Part shown: positions 1 through 8,909 of the stretch, piece by piece
Position numbering within the stretch: the stretch's first letter is position 1
Layout: every line of letters begins with the position of its first letter
Assembly: GCA_045105515.1 (NCBI GenBank)
Contig: JBGCDR010000302.1
Coordinates: 1-27,854, forward strand
Reading direction: 5' to 3'
Source: Oligoflexales bacterium
GTDB lineage: Bacteria > Bdellovibrionota_B > Oligoflexia > Oligoflexales > Bog-1112
DNA: 27,854 bases
Translations under genes and position numbers: made by a program
Notes under the pieces: model-generated
What the model was told of the DNA's origin: nothing
The model's input: the letters and a program-made list of their open reading frames with translations, nothing else
The model's database searches: none

Positions 1-38
1 ATCTCATACCTTTGCTCATAAGTGAGATTGGCAGACAT
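1..38 (-). CDS. IS30-family transposase, N-terminal fragment (MSANLTYEQRYEI...)
   Basis: ATG at 38 preceded by AAAGGGG. LTYEQRYEI matches the LTxE[EQ]RYxI start of the IS30 HTH_38 domain. Only 12 full codons are visible. Confidence 0.62.
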   Translation of the reverse strand, partial: MSANLTYEQRYE

Positions 39-140
39 AAATACCCCTTTCTTGCAAGCAGATTAGCCTCATAGACTAAACTAAATCCGCCTTCCGAAGC
101 GATGGAATTTTTTCTTCTGCACTTAATCTAGCAATCCGCC
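1..140 (-). mobile_element. Left end of an IS30-family insertion sequence (partial, runs off the window)
   Basis: The minus strand from 140 reads GGCGGATTGCTAGATTAAGTGCAGAA, resembling IS30-family terminal IRs (GGCG-ATT-N-AAGTGCA-A pattern, recalled rather than searched). It is followed by an SD (AGGGG) and an ORF with an IS30-type N-terminus. Confidence 0.7.
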
Positions 141-297
141 ATCCATGATTTGTGTATTGTAGTAGATTAAAACTAAATAATCAGTTAAAAATATGTATCA
201 TGACTGATCATAAATTCTTGAAAGTTGATTGTTGAGTTAGCATTCACTTAGGTAAAGGCTTCTATAAAGCCTATTTATTGCTGCACAAAGGAAAAAA

Positions 298-678
298 ATG
301 GCTAAGATTCTTTTGGTAGACGATTCTAAGGTCATTAGGCAAGGAATTTCGTATACATTGGAGTGTATGGGACATGAAGTGATTACTTCTCCCTCGGGTT
401 CGGAAGGGATTAAGGCCCTTCGCGAAAGCAAAGATTGTCAACTGATAATTTCTGATTTTCATATGCCTGATATGAATGGTTTAACAATGGCTAAGTTGAT
501 ATCTAGCAATAATGATTGCGATTCTTCAAGAATTCCTATCGTGATGTTGACAACTGAAGACTGTAGTCAAGAGTTAATGGAAGAAGCTAAAAATAGTGGC
601 GTAAAAGGATGGATGAAAAAACCAGTAAGTGAGCCGATATTACGTGATATTATCAGCAAATTTATTGTAGATTCATAA
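298..678 (+). CDS. Single-domain CheY-like response regulator
   Basis: KILLVDDS acidic pocket, phosphoacceptor ISDFHMPDMNG, MLTT and KKP motifs. No output domain. SD AAGGA upstream. Confidence 0.92.
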   Translation: MAKILLVDDSKVIRQGISYTLECMGHEVITSPSGSEGIKALRESKDCQLIISDFHMPDMNGLTMAKLISSNNDCDSSRIPIVMLTTEDCSQELMEEAKNSGVKGWMKKPVSEPILRDIISKFIVDS

Positions 679-683
679 ATTGT

Positions 684-1676
684 TTATTGAGGGGTATAGC
701 TACCTCTACAGCGACCAAAGCGTATTGAACTGATCCAACCATAATTTTGGGTAGGATTTATCTTTCTTTCGGTAAAAAATTTTATGAATTGTTGTTGCCA
801 ATTAGGAGAATTGAAATTCCGATTACTGGAGTAGACTAAAGAACTTTTGTGAGTTAAGATCCTGCTCACTCTTCGAGGTCTCGCATCTCCTCTGCTTAAC
901 TTGAAAATAGGATTTTCAGTTGTTTGTGTGTAGCAGTTGTTTTCTTGCTCACAGAAACCTAGTGAGGAATCACTCAATTGTAAATTCTCGAGCATTGTTT
1001 GATAATCTTCTTGGTTAACCGGGCTTTCGAAACTACCAGATACAACAATTCGCTTAGGGCATAACTTATAGCGACTAATATACTCTTTAATCCTATCTTC
1101 AATATATTGATACCAAATACCCTGGCCTGCAACTTGTTCTGAAATCTTTAAATTAAAGATTGCAATTTCTTGGTTTTCCATCGTTACAATGAAAGCGGCT
1201 AAAAAACTGCCATGGCCAAGAGGCCACATCCTTTTGCGTTCGTCTTCGTACGGATCCTTATAAACAGGAAGACCTGAAACTACTGACAAAGATTCCACTT
1301 CATGGGTATCTTGATAGGTTTCGATTTGAACATTTTGCCAATCGTAACCTAAGAGAGCTCCAGCGCCCAATATATACTGGTCGGAGTCGTATGGACTATT
1401 TTGTTTAGCCATCACTTCTTGTAGGATTAAAATATCCGGCTTTGCTTCTCTTAAGGTTTGATCTATTGAGGCTAGCCTTTCCCTTCGAAAAATCCAGTTA
1501 CCTTTCCAGTGAGGTTTATCTGTAGGGGCTTCTCTTTGGTTAAAAAGAGAAAGGTTTTGAAACGTTATTTTGCTGGTATCATAACTAGGTTCCTGGAAAA
1601 AAAATGTGGGAACGCACGAGCTAAGTGCTGTGGTCAGTAACATTAAAGTGTTAACGATTATAAGTTTAAAATTCAT
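684..1676 (-). CDS. Endonuclease/exonuclease/phosphatase (EEP)-fold lipoprotein with degenerate catalytic motifs
   Basis: Lipobox-like LSSC. TFQN...RRERLASIDQTLREAKPDILILQEV is typical of the EEP N-terminal half. Later catalytic motifs are substituted. Confidence 0.7.
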   Translation of the reverse strand: MNFKLIIVNTLMLLTTALSSCVPTFFFQEPSYDTSKITFQNLSLFNQREAPTDKPHWKGNWIFRRERLASIDQTLREAKPDILILQEVMAKQNSPYDSDQYILGAGALLGYDWQNVQIETYQDTHEVESLSVVSGLPVYKDPYEDERKRMWPLGHGSFLAAFIVTMENQEIAIFNLKISEQVAGQGIWYQYIEDRIKEYISRYKLCPKRIVVSGSFESPVNQEDYQTMLENLQLSDSSLGFCEQENNCYTQTTENPIFKLSRGDARPRRVSRILTHKSSLVYSSNRNFNSPNWQQQFIKFFTERKINPTQNYGWISSIRFGRCRGSYTPQ

Positions 1677-1679
1677 TAG

Positions 1680-2840
1680 TTAACAACCAATATACCGTGA
1701 GATTACTAGCCTTTGGATTTCACTGGTTCCTTCCCCGATTCTTAGAAGCGCAGCATCACGATAGTGCCGTTCAATTGGATACTCTTTCATTAACCCATAA
1801 CCTCCGAAAGTCTGTTGTCCTTCGCGGGCACAGTATTCTGCTACCTCAGAGCAATATAATTTTGCCATAGCAGCCTCTTTTTGGAATGGTCTATGGTTTT
1901 GTTTGAGCCAGCATGCCTTGTATAGTAAATTTTCTGCGGCTTCAATTCGTGTCGCCATTTCAGCAAGTTTAAATGCCACTGCTTGATGCTTAGCTAGAGG
2001 CTTGCCAAAAGTTTCGCGTTCTTTTGCATATGCAAGGCTCAACTCTAAGGCTCCCTTAGCTAAGCCAAGTCCCATCGCACCAATAGATAAACGTCCATTA
2101 TCTAGGGTTTCCATCATGATTTTAAATCCATCACCCTGCTTCCCTAGCATTTGTTTTTGTTTAACCCTTACATTCTCGAAATAAAGCTCGCCTGTGTTAG
2201 AGGAGCGCCACATCATTTTATCTTTCATTGCTTTGCGAATTAAGCCTTCAGTGGCTGCTGGGACTAGGAAGCAGCTAAGCTCGACTTTGCCATCAGATCT
2301 TTTGCCTGTTACCGCTTGGACGGTAATGCCTTTTGTGAGATCGCAGGCACTGTTTGTAATCCATAACTTTGAACCATTGATAACCCATTCATTTTTAGCA
2401 GTGTCGAATTTGGCCGTAGTTTTGCTAGCTTGAGCGTCGCTCCCGGCTCCTGCTTCGGTTAAGCCAAAGGCCCATAATCCAGAGCCATCACAGAGAGCAG
2501 GAAGGTACTCTTTTTTTTGCTCTTCGTTTCCATAATAATAGAGTGGAGCAGCCCCTAAGCTGTTGTGAGCTGCAATTGTTGCTGCTTGAGAACCATCAAT
2601 TTTTGCAAGTTCTTCTACCGCTATAATATAGCTTAAGTAGTCCATGCCTTGACCACCATATTTGGTGTCTACTATAGTTCCAAATAAGCCTAATTCCCCC
2701 ATTTTTTTTGTGAGTGATGGAGAAAATTCTTCTTCTTTATCAAGCTGTGTTGCAATAGGGCTAATTTCTGTTTTTGCGAATTTTCGAATGGATTCTCTGA
2801 GCATTTTTAGCTCTTCATCTTCTAAAAAACTGTAGGCCAT
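1680..2840 (-). CDS. Acyl-CoA dehydrogenase (short/branched-chain type)
   Basis: AFGLTEAGAGSDA, WVINGSKLWITN, RETFGKPL, GGYG and IGEGTSEIQRLVI motifs. 386 aa. SD GGAG. Confidence 0.95.
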   Translation of the reverse strand: MAYSFLEDEELKMLRESIRKFAKTEISPIATQLDKEEEFSPSLTKKMGELGLFGTIVDTKYGGQGMDYLSYIIAVEELAKIDGSQAATIAAHNSLGAAPLYYYGNEEQKKEYLPALCDGSGLWAFGLTEAGAGSDAQASKTTAKFDTAKNEWVINGSKLWITNSACDLTKGITVQAVTGKRSDGKVELSCFLVPAATEGLIRKAMKDKMMWRSSNTGELYFENVRVKQKQMLGKQGDGFKIMMETLDNGRLSIGAMGLGLAKGALELSLAYAKERETFGKPLAKHQAVAFKLAEMATRIEAAENLLYKACWLKQNHRPFQKEAAMAKLYCSEVAEYCAREGQQTFGGYGLMKEYPIERHYRDAALLRIGEGTSEIQRLVISRYIGC

Positions 2841-2861
2841 TGCAATCTCCTTGGAAGTTTT

Positions 2862-4016
2862 TTAAATATCAATGTCTCTTAATCGACCCTCACGCCCACT
2901 TGCCCCAGTTAGGATAGCTATATAAGACTTGTATCGCCACTCGGAAATAAGTCCATCTTTCACTGCAGTAGTGACAGCGCAGCTAGGTTCTTCGAGATGC
3001 TTGCACTCTCTGTACTTGCACTTATTTATGAAGGGACGCATCTCAACAAAACTCCAGCTTAGATCAATGGGGCTGCGGGTTTCAAGTAGAAAGCTTCTAA
3101 TCCCTGGGGTGTCAATGACATAACCACCTGTACCTAGTTTGATAAAGCTTGCATAAGTGGTGGTGTGGCGCCCCTTAGTAAGTATATCTTCAGATTCTAC
3201 CTCTTGGTTTATTTCCGGACGAAGGAGATTGACAAGAGAAGATTTCCCAACTCCTGAATGCCCTGTGACCATACTTATAGTGTCATGAAAAAGATCCTGG
3301 ATTTCCTTTTTTTCTGCATGCGTTGGGTTTTCAGCGCAGGTGCTTAGAACTTTATAACCCAACTGTGAATACAAGCCTATATAGTCCTGACATTCCTTTA
3401 CAAATGCAGGCTTCTGTTCTCGTAGAAGATCTTTTTTGTTGAGAATAATACTTGCTTTGATTCCTTGCTCTTCAGCCAGAATTAGGTAACGATCGACGAG
3501 TCCCCATTTAACCTTCGGGTAGACAAAGCTAGCAACAATGATAAGCTGGGATAAGTTGCTTGCTAAAACATGTTCTCGTTCGGTGGTCATGGGGTCAAGC
3601 CGAGCAATTTTACTTGACCTTGGAGCTCTGTGTTCGATGATGCACGATGGAAGGTCATCAGAGATTTCAGATCCTTCCTGACTTCCAGGCCGACAAAGGA
3701 CCTTGTCTCCCACTGCAAAAAAATTACGTTCCTTCCTTTGCGCTTGAGTATACTTGCGAGCAATACTTGCAAGCCATACATCGTCAGTCTTAATGTTCAT
3801 GGGGCTTGGTTCTGTAGAAACAAAAGCATACCTTTTGTGAACTTCAACTATCCTTGCTGCAAAGAGTCCCTCTTTGTAAAATTTATCCCAGGTTTTTTCT
3901 TCTCTGATAAACTCAGACTCTAAGGTGTTGTCCTCATCTTGGATCTTAGTTTTTGATTTTCTGAATTTTTCTCGTTTTGCTAGTTTGTCTAATTTACTGT
4001 GACGCCAATTTTTCAT
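2862..4016 (-). CDS. rsgA: Ribosome small subunit-dependent GTPase A
   Basis: Circularly permuted GTPase motifs NKKD, GHSGVGKSS, GRHTT and DTPG, plus zinc motif CKYRECKHLEEPSC. ATG at 4016 has SD GAAGGA and overlaps the plsB 3' end. Confidence 0.95.
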   Translation of the reverse strand: MKNWRHSKLDKLAKREKFRKSKTKIQDEDNTLESEFIREEKTWDKFYKEGLFAARIVEVHKRYAFVSTEPSPMNIKTDDVWLASIARKYTQAQRKERNFFAVGDKVLCRPGSQEGSEISDDLPSCIIEHRAPRSSKIARLDPMTTEREHVLASNLSQLIIVASFVYPKVKWGLVDRYLILAEEQGIKASIILNKKDLLREQKPAFVKECQDYIGLYSQLGYKVLSTCAENPTHAEKKEIQDLFHDTISMVTGHSGVGKSSLVNLLRPEINQEVESEDILTKGRHTTTYASFIKLGTGGYVIDTPGIRSFLLETRSPIDLSWSFVEMRPFINKCKYRECKHLEEPSCAVTTAVKDGLISEWRYKSYIAILTGASGREGRLRDIDI

Positions 4017-6492
4017 GGTATTCCTTCTTCTCCCGAATAGAGTCTGGTGCAATTTTCGTTATGGGGACTTTCATGATGCATTTATGGAGGGCAGGACTTA
4101 TGAGATTAGGCGTTATATCACTAAGTCTCTTAAATGTTTCATGGATGATGATTTTTCGCGAATTTCCTGATTCAGAACTAATCATCTGCAATTGCTTTAG
4201 AGTTTCTTGAAAGTGTTTGTAACTTTTATCGTCATAGTAAATATTACTTGTCATGCCATTTAATATTGAAATCCTTTTTGACATTTGAAGGGTCTCAGTA
4301 TCCAGGTCGGCAAGTAACACAGAGCCTCGGTTAGTGTATCGTGATAGAGATACACAAAATATTCCATATTTTTCCATAGTGTTGCTTGATACCCCTGCAA
4401 GTAACTTAAAAGCTAAATATTCGTCAGAAAGCATTTCTGGTAACGAAACCAAACCTGATTGCTCATCATAAGCTAATATCTGATGACTAATTAATTTTGA
4501 TAAGGTTTCATTCGCTATTTCTTTGCATTGGTCTTCGGTCCAAGGGAGGTAGTAAGATCTATAGATGAACTTATACATTAGGTTGCAGCACTGAAGAATT
4601 TGTTCTTTTTTGATAGAGTCGGCATTCACTAAAAAGTGGCAGATCATGGATGGTAAAAAGAAGAGATGAACAATATTGTTACGATAGTAATCTAAGATGG
4701 TATTGTTGCGTTTGTTAAGATAGATAACATCATCATCTTGATGCCGAAATCTAATGATATGCGATAACTCTTCAATGTGCTTAATATCATCTAGAAGGTT
4801 TGTAGTATCTGGAAAGTGTACATACGACCCAAGAGGTGAACTTGAGCCTAGTCTGACAAAAATTCTTGTTACTTGTAATAGATCTGATTCGCTTAATGCC
4901 TTTTTAGGGCTGGCTTGCAAAATTAGTCCAATCAGGGAAACGGGAGAAACCACTGCAGCGCTGTTAGTTCTTTTCATCATCTCTTCAGAAATTTGTTTCA
5001 GCATATCGCTTTTCAGTGGTTCGCTAGTTCTCCAATCAGGGTATTTTTTGTCCAGATAGGTATCGACCTGAAGAGGTTCTCCAAATCCTATATATGCTTT
5101 TCCAGAAGATGAACGAATCAATTTGGTGGCTTTAATCAATCCTGAAAAAGACTCACGTTTTTTTGAGTTTCCTCGCAATTCTTTTTGATAGCTGCCTGCT
5201 TCCATGACTCGGTCATAGCCAACGTAGATGGGAACAAGGAGAACGGGCTTGAGTGTTCGTTTGCGACAAGCCTCCAATACCATGTTAAGGATGCCCACTT
5301 TTGGTGACAGAAGATACCCAGTCCTGCTGCGCCCACCCTCAGGATAGAAGCAAAGGGGATAACCAGTGCTCAAGAGGTAGTGAACAAACTCACTAACCAC
5401 TGCCCCATAAAGACGGTTACCCCTAAAAGTACGCCGAATAAAAATAGCTCCCCCGCGTCTTAATAGTGGGCCTACAGGCCAAAAGTTAAGGTTTATTCCA
5501 GCAATGGTATGGGGAGGGAGAAGGCCCAGATAATACAGGACGTAACCAATCAACAGGTAGTCCATGTGACTTCGGTGGCTAGGCATATATACGAGTTCAT
5601 ACTGCTCTGCAAGTTCTCTGATCTTATCTTCTTGTCTGACTTCGAGCCCTGAATAGATTTTTTTCCATAGCCAGCTAAGAATGATATCAAAAAATCTGAT
5701 AGCTGATGGAGATACTTTTGCGCAGACCTCTTCAGCATACTTTCTTGCACGTTTTTCCACTTTGGCAACTGCAACATTGGTTTTGACCGCCTCGGAGTCT
5801 ATCATAGTGCGTAGAGTTTTTGATTGCAGCATTGAGTTAATAACTTGTGCTCGATCGTAAATGAAGGGGCCAACAATGGTTTCGCGTTGTCTCCTAAAAT
5901 GGACTTTGAGGACTCTTCTCAGTTTTTTCGATGTTTCCTCTAGGCTTTTTCCCTCATCGACTAGGTCAAGGAGTGAAATGGGCTTACCAAAATTGCAGAA
6001 AACATTACGACCATGCACGAAAAAAGTAACAAAGCGCTGGAGAAATCCTCCATACTCATCATCAAAAAAAAGAAGCTTGAATATCGATTTCTCACCAGTT
6101 CCAGGATTTCGACCCCAGAAAATTGACACAGGTACAACTTGGACATCGAAACGTTCTTGGCTAACTTGACCAATCAGATTAAAAAGATCGGAAGGAAGCT
6201 TCTTGCTTCGTTCGGCTTGAAAAAGTCCAGGTTTACTTAAATATAAGAACGAGGCTTTCCGGCTAAACTTCAATTTTGAAAGAAGTTCACGGGGCTTGGG
6301 TATTTTTTTGGTTTCACAACTATGATCGAGGACCATAAGATCTTTGAACGATCGGGATTTTAGTACATAACAGATTGGCTTATGAGAGTCTAAGCAAAGG
6401 TTTTTTTTAAGGTCATTTGGAAAAACCTTGCTGCGGACCCAAAGTTGGATGATGGGTCTTAACCACCAAAAAAAACGCATTGCTTTTTGCAT
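3994..6492 (-). CDS. plsB: Glycerol-3-phosphate 1-O-acyltransferase
   Basis: HRSHMDY (HX4D), GAIFIRR and FYPEGGRSRTG acyltransferase blocks. VPVSIFWGR N-terminal motif. 832 aa. Confidence 0.93.
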   Translation of the reverse strand: MQKAMRFFWWLRPIIQLWVRSKVFPNDLKKNLCLDSHKPICYVLKSRSFKDLMVLDHSCETKKIPKPRELLSKLKFSRKASFLYLSKPGLFQAERSKKLPSDLFNLIGQVSQERFDVQVVPVSIFWGRNPGTGEKSIFKLLFFDDEYGGFLQRFVTFFVHGRNVFCNFGKPISLLDLVDEGKSLEETSKKLRRVLKVHFRRQRETIVGPFIYDRAQVINSMLQSKTLRTMIDSEAVKTNVAVAKVEKRARKYAEEVCAKVSPSAIRFFDIILSWLWKKIYSGLEVRQEDKIRELAEQYELVYMPSHRSHMDYLLIGYVLYYLGLLPPHTIAGINLNFWPVGPLLRRGGAIFIRRTFRGNRLYGAVVSEFVHYLLSTGYPLCFYPEGGRSRTGYLLSPKVGILNMVLEACRKRTLKPVLLVPIYVGYDRVMEAGSYQKELRGNSKKRESFSGLIKATKLIRSSSGKAYIGFGEPLQVDTYLDKKYPDWRTSEPLKSDMLKQISEEMMKRTNSAAVVSPVSLIGLILQASPKKALSESDLLQVTRIFVRLGSSSPLGSYVHFPDTTNLLDDIKHIEELSHIIRFRHQDDDVIYLNKRNNTILDYYRNNIVHLFFLPSMICHFLVNADSIKKEQILQCCNLMYKFIYRSYYLPWTEDQCKEIANETLSKLISHQILAYDEQSGLVSLPEMLSDEYLAFKLLAGVSSNTMEKYGIFCVSLSRYTNRGSVLLADLDTETLQMSKRISILNGMTSNIYYDDKSYKHFQETLKQLQMISSESGNSRKIIIHETFKRLSDITPNLISPALHKCIMKVPITKIAPDSIREKKEYHEKLASQ

Positions 6493-6506
6493 AAGTTCAC
6501 TTTCTC

Positions 6507-7352
6507 TTAGGACAATGGCATATTGTCAATAAGCCTCGTAGACCCTATCTTGATTGCTCCAAATAGGATGGAGTCCAAAATAGAGCTTGGGCTGGATTTT
6601 GTAAGGTCCTTAGCATTTCTTATTTCTAAATAGTCTAGTGAAATTCCCTCAATTACCATCAATTTCTTCTTGAGAAACCCTTCTATATGTTCAGGGTTAC
6701 GTTCTCCTTTAGACACCAAGTCTTTTCCAAGTTTCAATGTATGGTATAAAGAAAGTGCAAGCTCGGCTTCTTCTTCGCTTAAGCTTTTGTTTCTAGAGCT
6801 CAATGCAAGGCCTCTTGAGTTTCTGATTAATTCACAAGCTATAATTTTTGTTTCTAAGTCGAGGTCGGTAATCATTTGTTCAATAATTTTATACTGTTGA
6901 TAGTCCTTTTTTCCGAAAAAAATCCATTTTGGTCTGATCAAGTTAATGAGTTTCAGCACGATGGTACACACCCCTTGAAAGTGCCCCATGCGTGAAGTTC
7001 CACAAAGATTTTCGGAAATCCTGCTGTTATAGATATAAGTTTGAAAGTCACGAGGATAAATTTCTTCACTATTGGGCGCAAATACGGCTTGAACCCCCAA
7101 CTCATTGAGAATAATTAGATCTTTGCTGAGAGTCCTTGGATAAGAGCTTAGACCCTCGCCAGGTCCAAACTGGCTGGGATTTACGAAAATACTAACAATA
7201 ATATCTTGGCTTAAAGTCTTGGCCTTCTCTATCAAAGAGATGTGCCCTTGATGTAGTGCCCCCATAGTGGGTACAAGAGCAATACGTTTGCTGCTTAGTT
7301 TGCCTAGAAATTCTTTCAATTCTGACTTGCATTGGATGAGCTTGCTTTTCAA
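6507..7352 (-). CDS. panC: Pantoate--beta-alanine ligase
   Basis: VPTMGALHQGH, SIFVNPSQF, GHFQGV, FGKKDYQQ, GLALSSRN and RLIDN motifs. The start is uncertain: TTG at 7352 (SD GGTGA, giving 281 aa, typical) or ATG at 7364, rather than 7433. Confidence 0.95.
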   Translation of the reverse strand: MKSKLIQCKSELKEFLGKLSSKRIALVPTMGALHQGHISLIEKAKTLSQDIIVSIFVNPSQFGPGEGLSSYPRTLSKDLIILNELGVQAVFAPNSEEIYPRDFQTYIYNSRISENLCGTSRMGHFQGVCTIVLKLINLIRPKWIFFGKKDYQQYKIIEQMITDLDLETKIIACELIRNSRGLALSSRNKSLSEEEAELALSLYHTLKLGKDLVSKGERNPEHIEGFLKKKLMVIEGISLDYLEIRNAKDLTKSSPSSILDSILFGAIKIGSTRLIDNMPLS

Positions 7353-7489
7353 AGAAATCACCATAAATTTGTAGAGTTGAAAAAAAGCATGATACGTTTT
7401 GTAACCTAACAGAACCATGAAAGCAATCACCACCCAAAAGTGGTTATAAACTCAATGACATCAAGAAAAGCTATTGAGCAATAAGGCAG

Positions 7490-7670
7490 AGATGGTTGTT
7501 ATATGGTCATCGGTAGAAGAAAGAATTGCCTTCTTAGCAATCTGACCCATCCTTGGGCCTGCGCGTTGGGTATAAAGTGCCCACTAACCTCTTCGCAAGA
7601 GTCACCACAGACTCTGTCACGATGAATGTTTACAACAACTGTTTAGCATATCGGTGAAAAGTATCGTGAC
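7490..7670. other. Structured intergenic region (candidate cis-regulatory RNA or sRNA) between the RodZ-like gene and panC
   Basis: Consecutive stem-loops at 7524-7542, 7544-7559, 7567-7583, 7589-7601/7598-7615 and 7616-7670. No credible ORF. Confidence 0.35.
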
Positions 7671-7684
7671 TTTAAGGGACAGTC

Positions 7685-8785
7685 TTACAATTTTTCCTTG
7701 TCAGGAGGATTTCCAATGAAGCTTAGCTGCTTAGCGTCCCGGTTGATTCCAAAATCACCAAGTTTCCGACCTTTGAAAGTTATTTCTAGTTTTGACATAT
7801 CATTACAAAATAGATCAATTTTCTCTTTAAATTTAAACTTGTATAGCCCCTTTTGGTATTCTTTTGATTCATAACTATCCTGATCAAATCGGTGTTTTAT
7901 GGTGGTGTTTTCTTTGACGAATACCATGAGAAAAGAAGAATGTTGGCTCTTGTTGCCTAGAGATAGTCCTTTTGGAGCTATCTCTATCGCAACGGTAGGC
8001 CGATTAGCTTCTGGTGGGACGGAGGCTTGTTCGACTTCTGGTTTTTTGGTTTTTGGATTTGGGTTTGGATCTAGAGTGTTTAATCCTAAGTTTTGAACTT
8101 TAGGTTCACCACCACTGATATCATCTAATATATTTAAGGCTTCGTCATTTTTGCTTGAATCTAAGGCTATTTCTTGGATTTTGTCTGATTTGCTTTCACC
8201 TGATTCTGCGTGAATCTGACCACTATTTGACACAGGGTCTTGGTGAATAGATTTGCTCTTATTGGGTCCACTGTCAAAGTATGCGCTGCTAAAAAACACC
8301 AAAAATGTTATTGCCAATACCAAAACAGGCCCGAGGACCCATAATAGAATACCCTTTGGCGAGAAATAGTTGGTGAAGGGGAGCGATTTTTTCGATTTAT
8401 GATCTTTGCGACTTGTCGAAAGCCTTCGGGAGTAGCCATAGGTTTTTGCTTTTGCCTGCTTGTGTTCCCAGCATTGGTTGTACTCTTCCAAGAGAGAAGT
8501 GCTATCTATTTCTAAGACCTTGCAAATGTTTTTGACAAATCCGCGGCCAAATACCTCTCCAGGAAGTGCGTTAAAATTGCCTTCTTCAAGAGCCTCAATA
8601 AATGGCGGTGAAATTCTTGTCAGATGGATAACGTCTTTTTTGGTCTGATTGAGCTGCTCGCGGGTATTTCGCAGCCGTTGTCCAAAAATTACTCTTTTTT
8701 CTTCCAAGCTTATAGGAATATCCTTCCCATCTTTTTGGGTATTTTTTACTGGTTCCCGGTTTTTTTCAGCTTCTTCTTCACCCAT
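7685..8785 (-). CDS. rodZ: RodZ-like membrane protein (HTH_25, TM helix, low-complexity linker, periplasmic C-terminal domain)
   Basis: FGQRLRNTRE...TRISPPFIEALEEGNFNALPGEVFGRGFVKNICKVL HTH and a single hydrophobic helix. Likely start is ATG 8785 (SD AAGGAAAGG). Confidence 0.8.
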   Translation of the reverse strand: MGEEEAEKNREPVKNTQKDGKDIPISLEEKRVIFGQRLRNTREQLNQTKKDVIHLTRISPPFIEALEEGNFNALPGEVFGRGFVKNICKVLEIDSTSLLEEYNQCWEHKQAKAKTYGYSRRLSTSRKDHKSKKSLPFTNYFSPKGILLWVLGPVLVLAITFLVFFSSAYFDSGPNKSKSIHQDPVSNSGQIHAESGESKSDKIQEIALDSSKNDEALNILDDISGGEPKVQNLGLNTLDPNPNPKTKKPEVEQASVPPEANRPTVAIEIAPKGLSLGNKSQHSSFLMVFVKENTTIKHRFDQDSYESKEYQKGLYKFKFKEKIDLFCNDMSKLEITFKGRKLGDFGINRDAKQLSFIGNPPDKEKL

Positions 8786-8909
8786 TACAACCTTTCCTTT
8801 TACCTGGAATGCACATTTGCTGTTAGCCAGCCTGAGTGGGATCATATTTGATTTGCTATAATATTTATAAATACCCATCCTGGCAATATGAGCTGAAAGA
8901 GCGTAGCCT

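Noticed and set aside
7461..7550. 29-codon minus-strand ORF MGQIAKKAILSSTDDHITTISALLLNSFS in the panC leader
   Set aside because: No properly spaced SD, no regulatory codon run and no recognisable motif.
7490..7670. 6S RNA, SRP RNA, tRNA or known ribozyme
   Set aside because: It has several short hairpins rather than one long rod, no SRP GGAA domain IV motif, no TTCRA T-loop, and no ribozyme core I can match.
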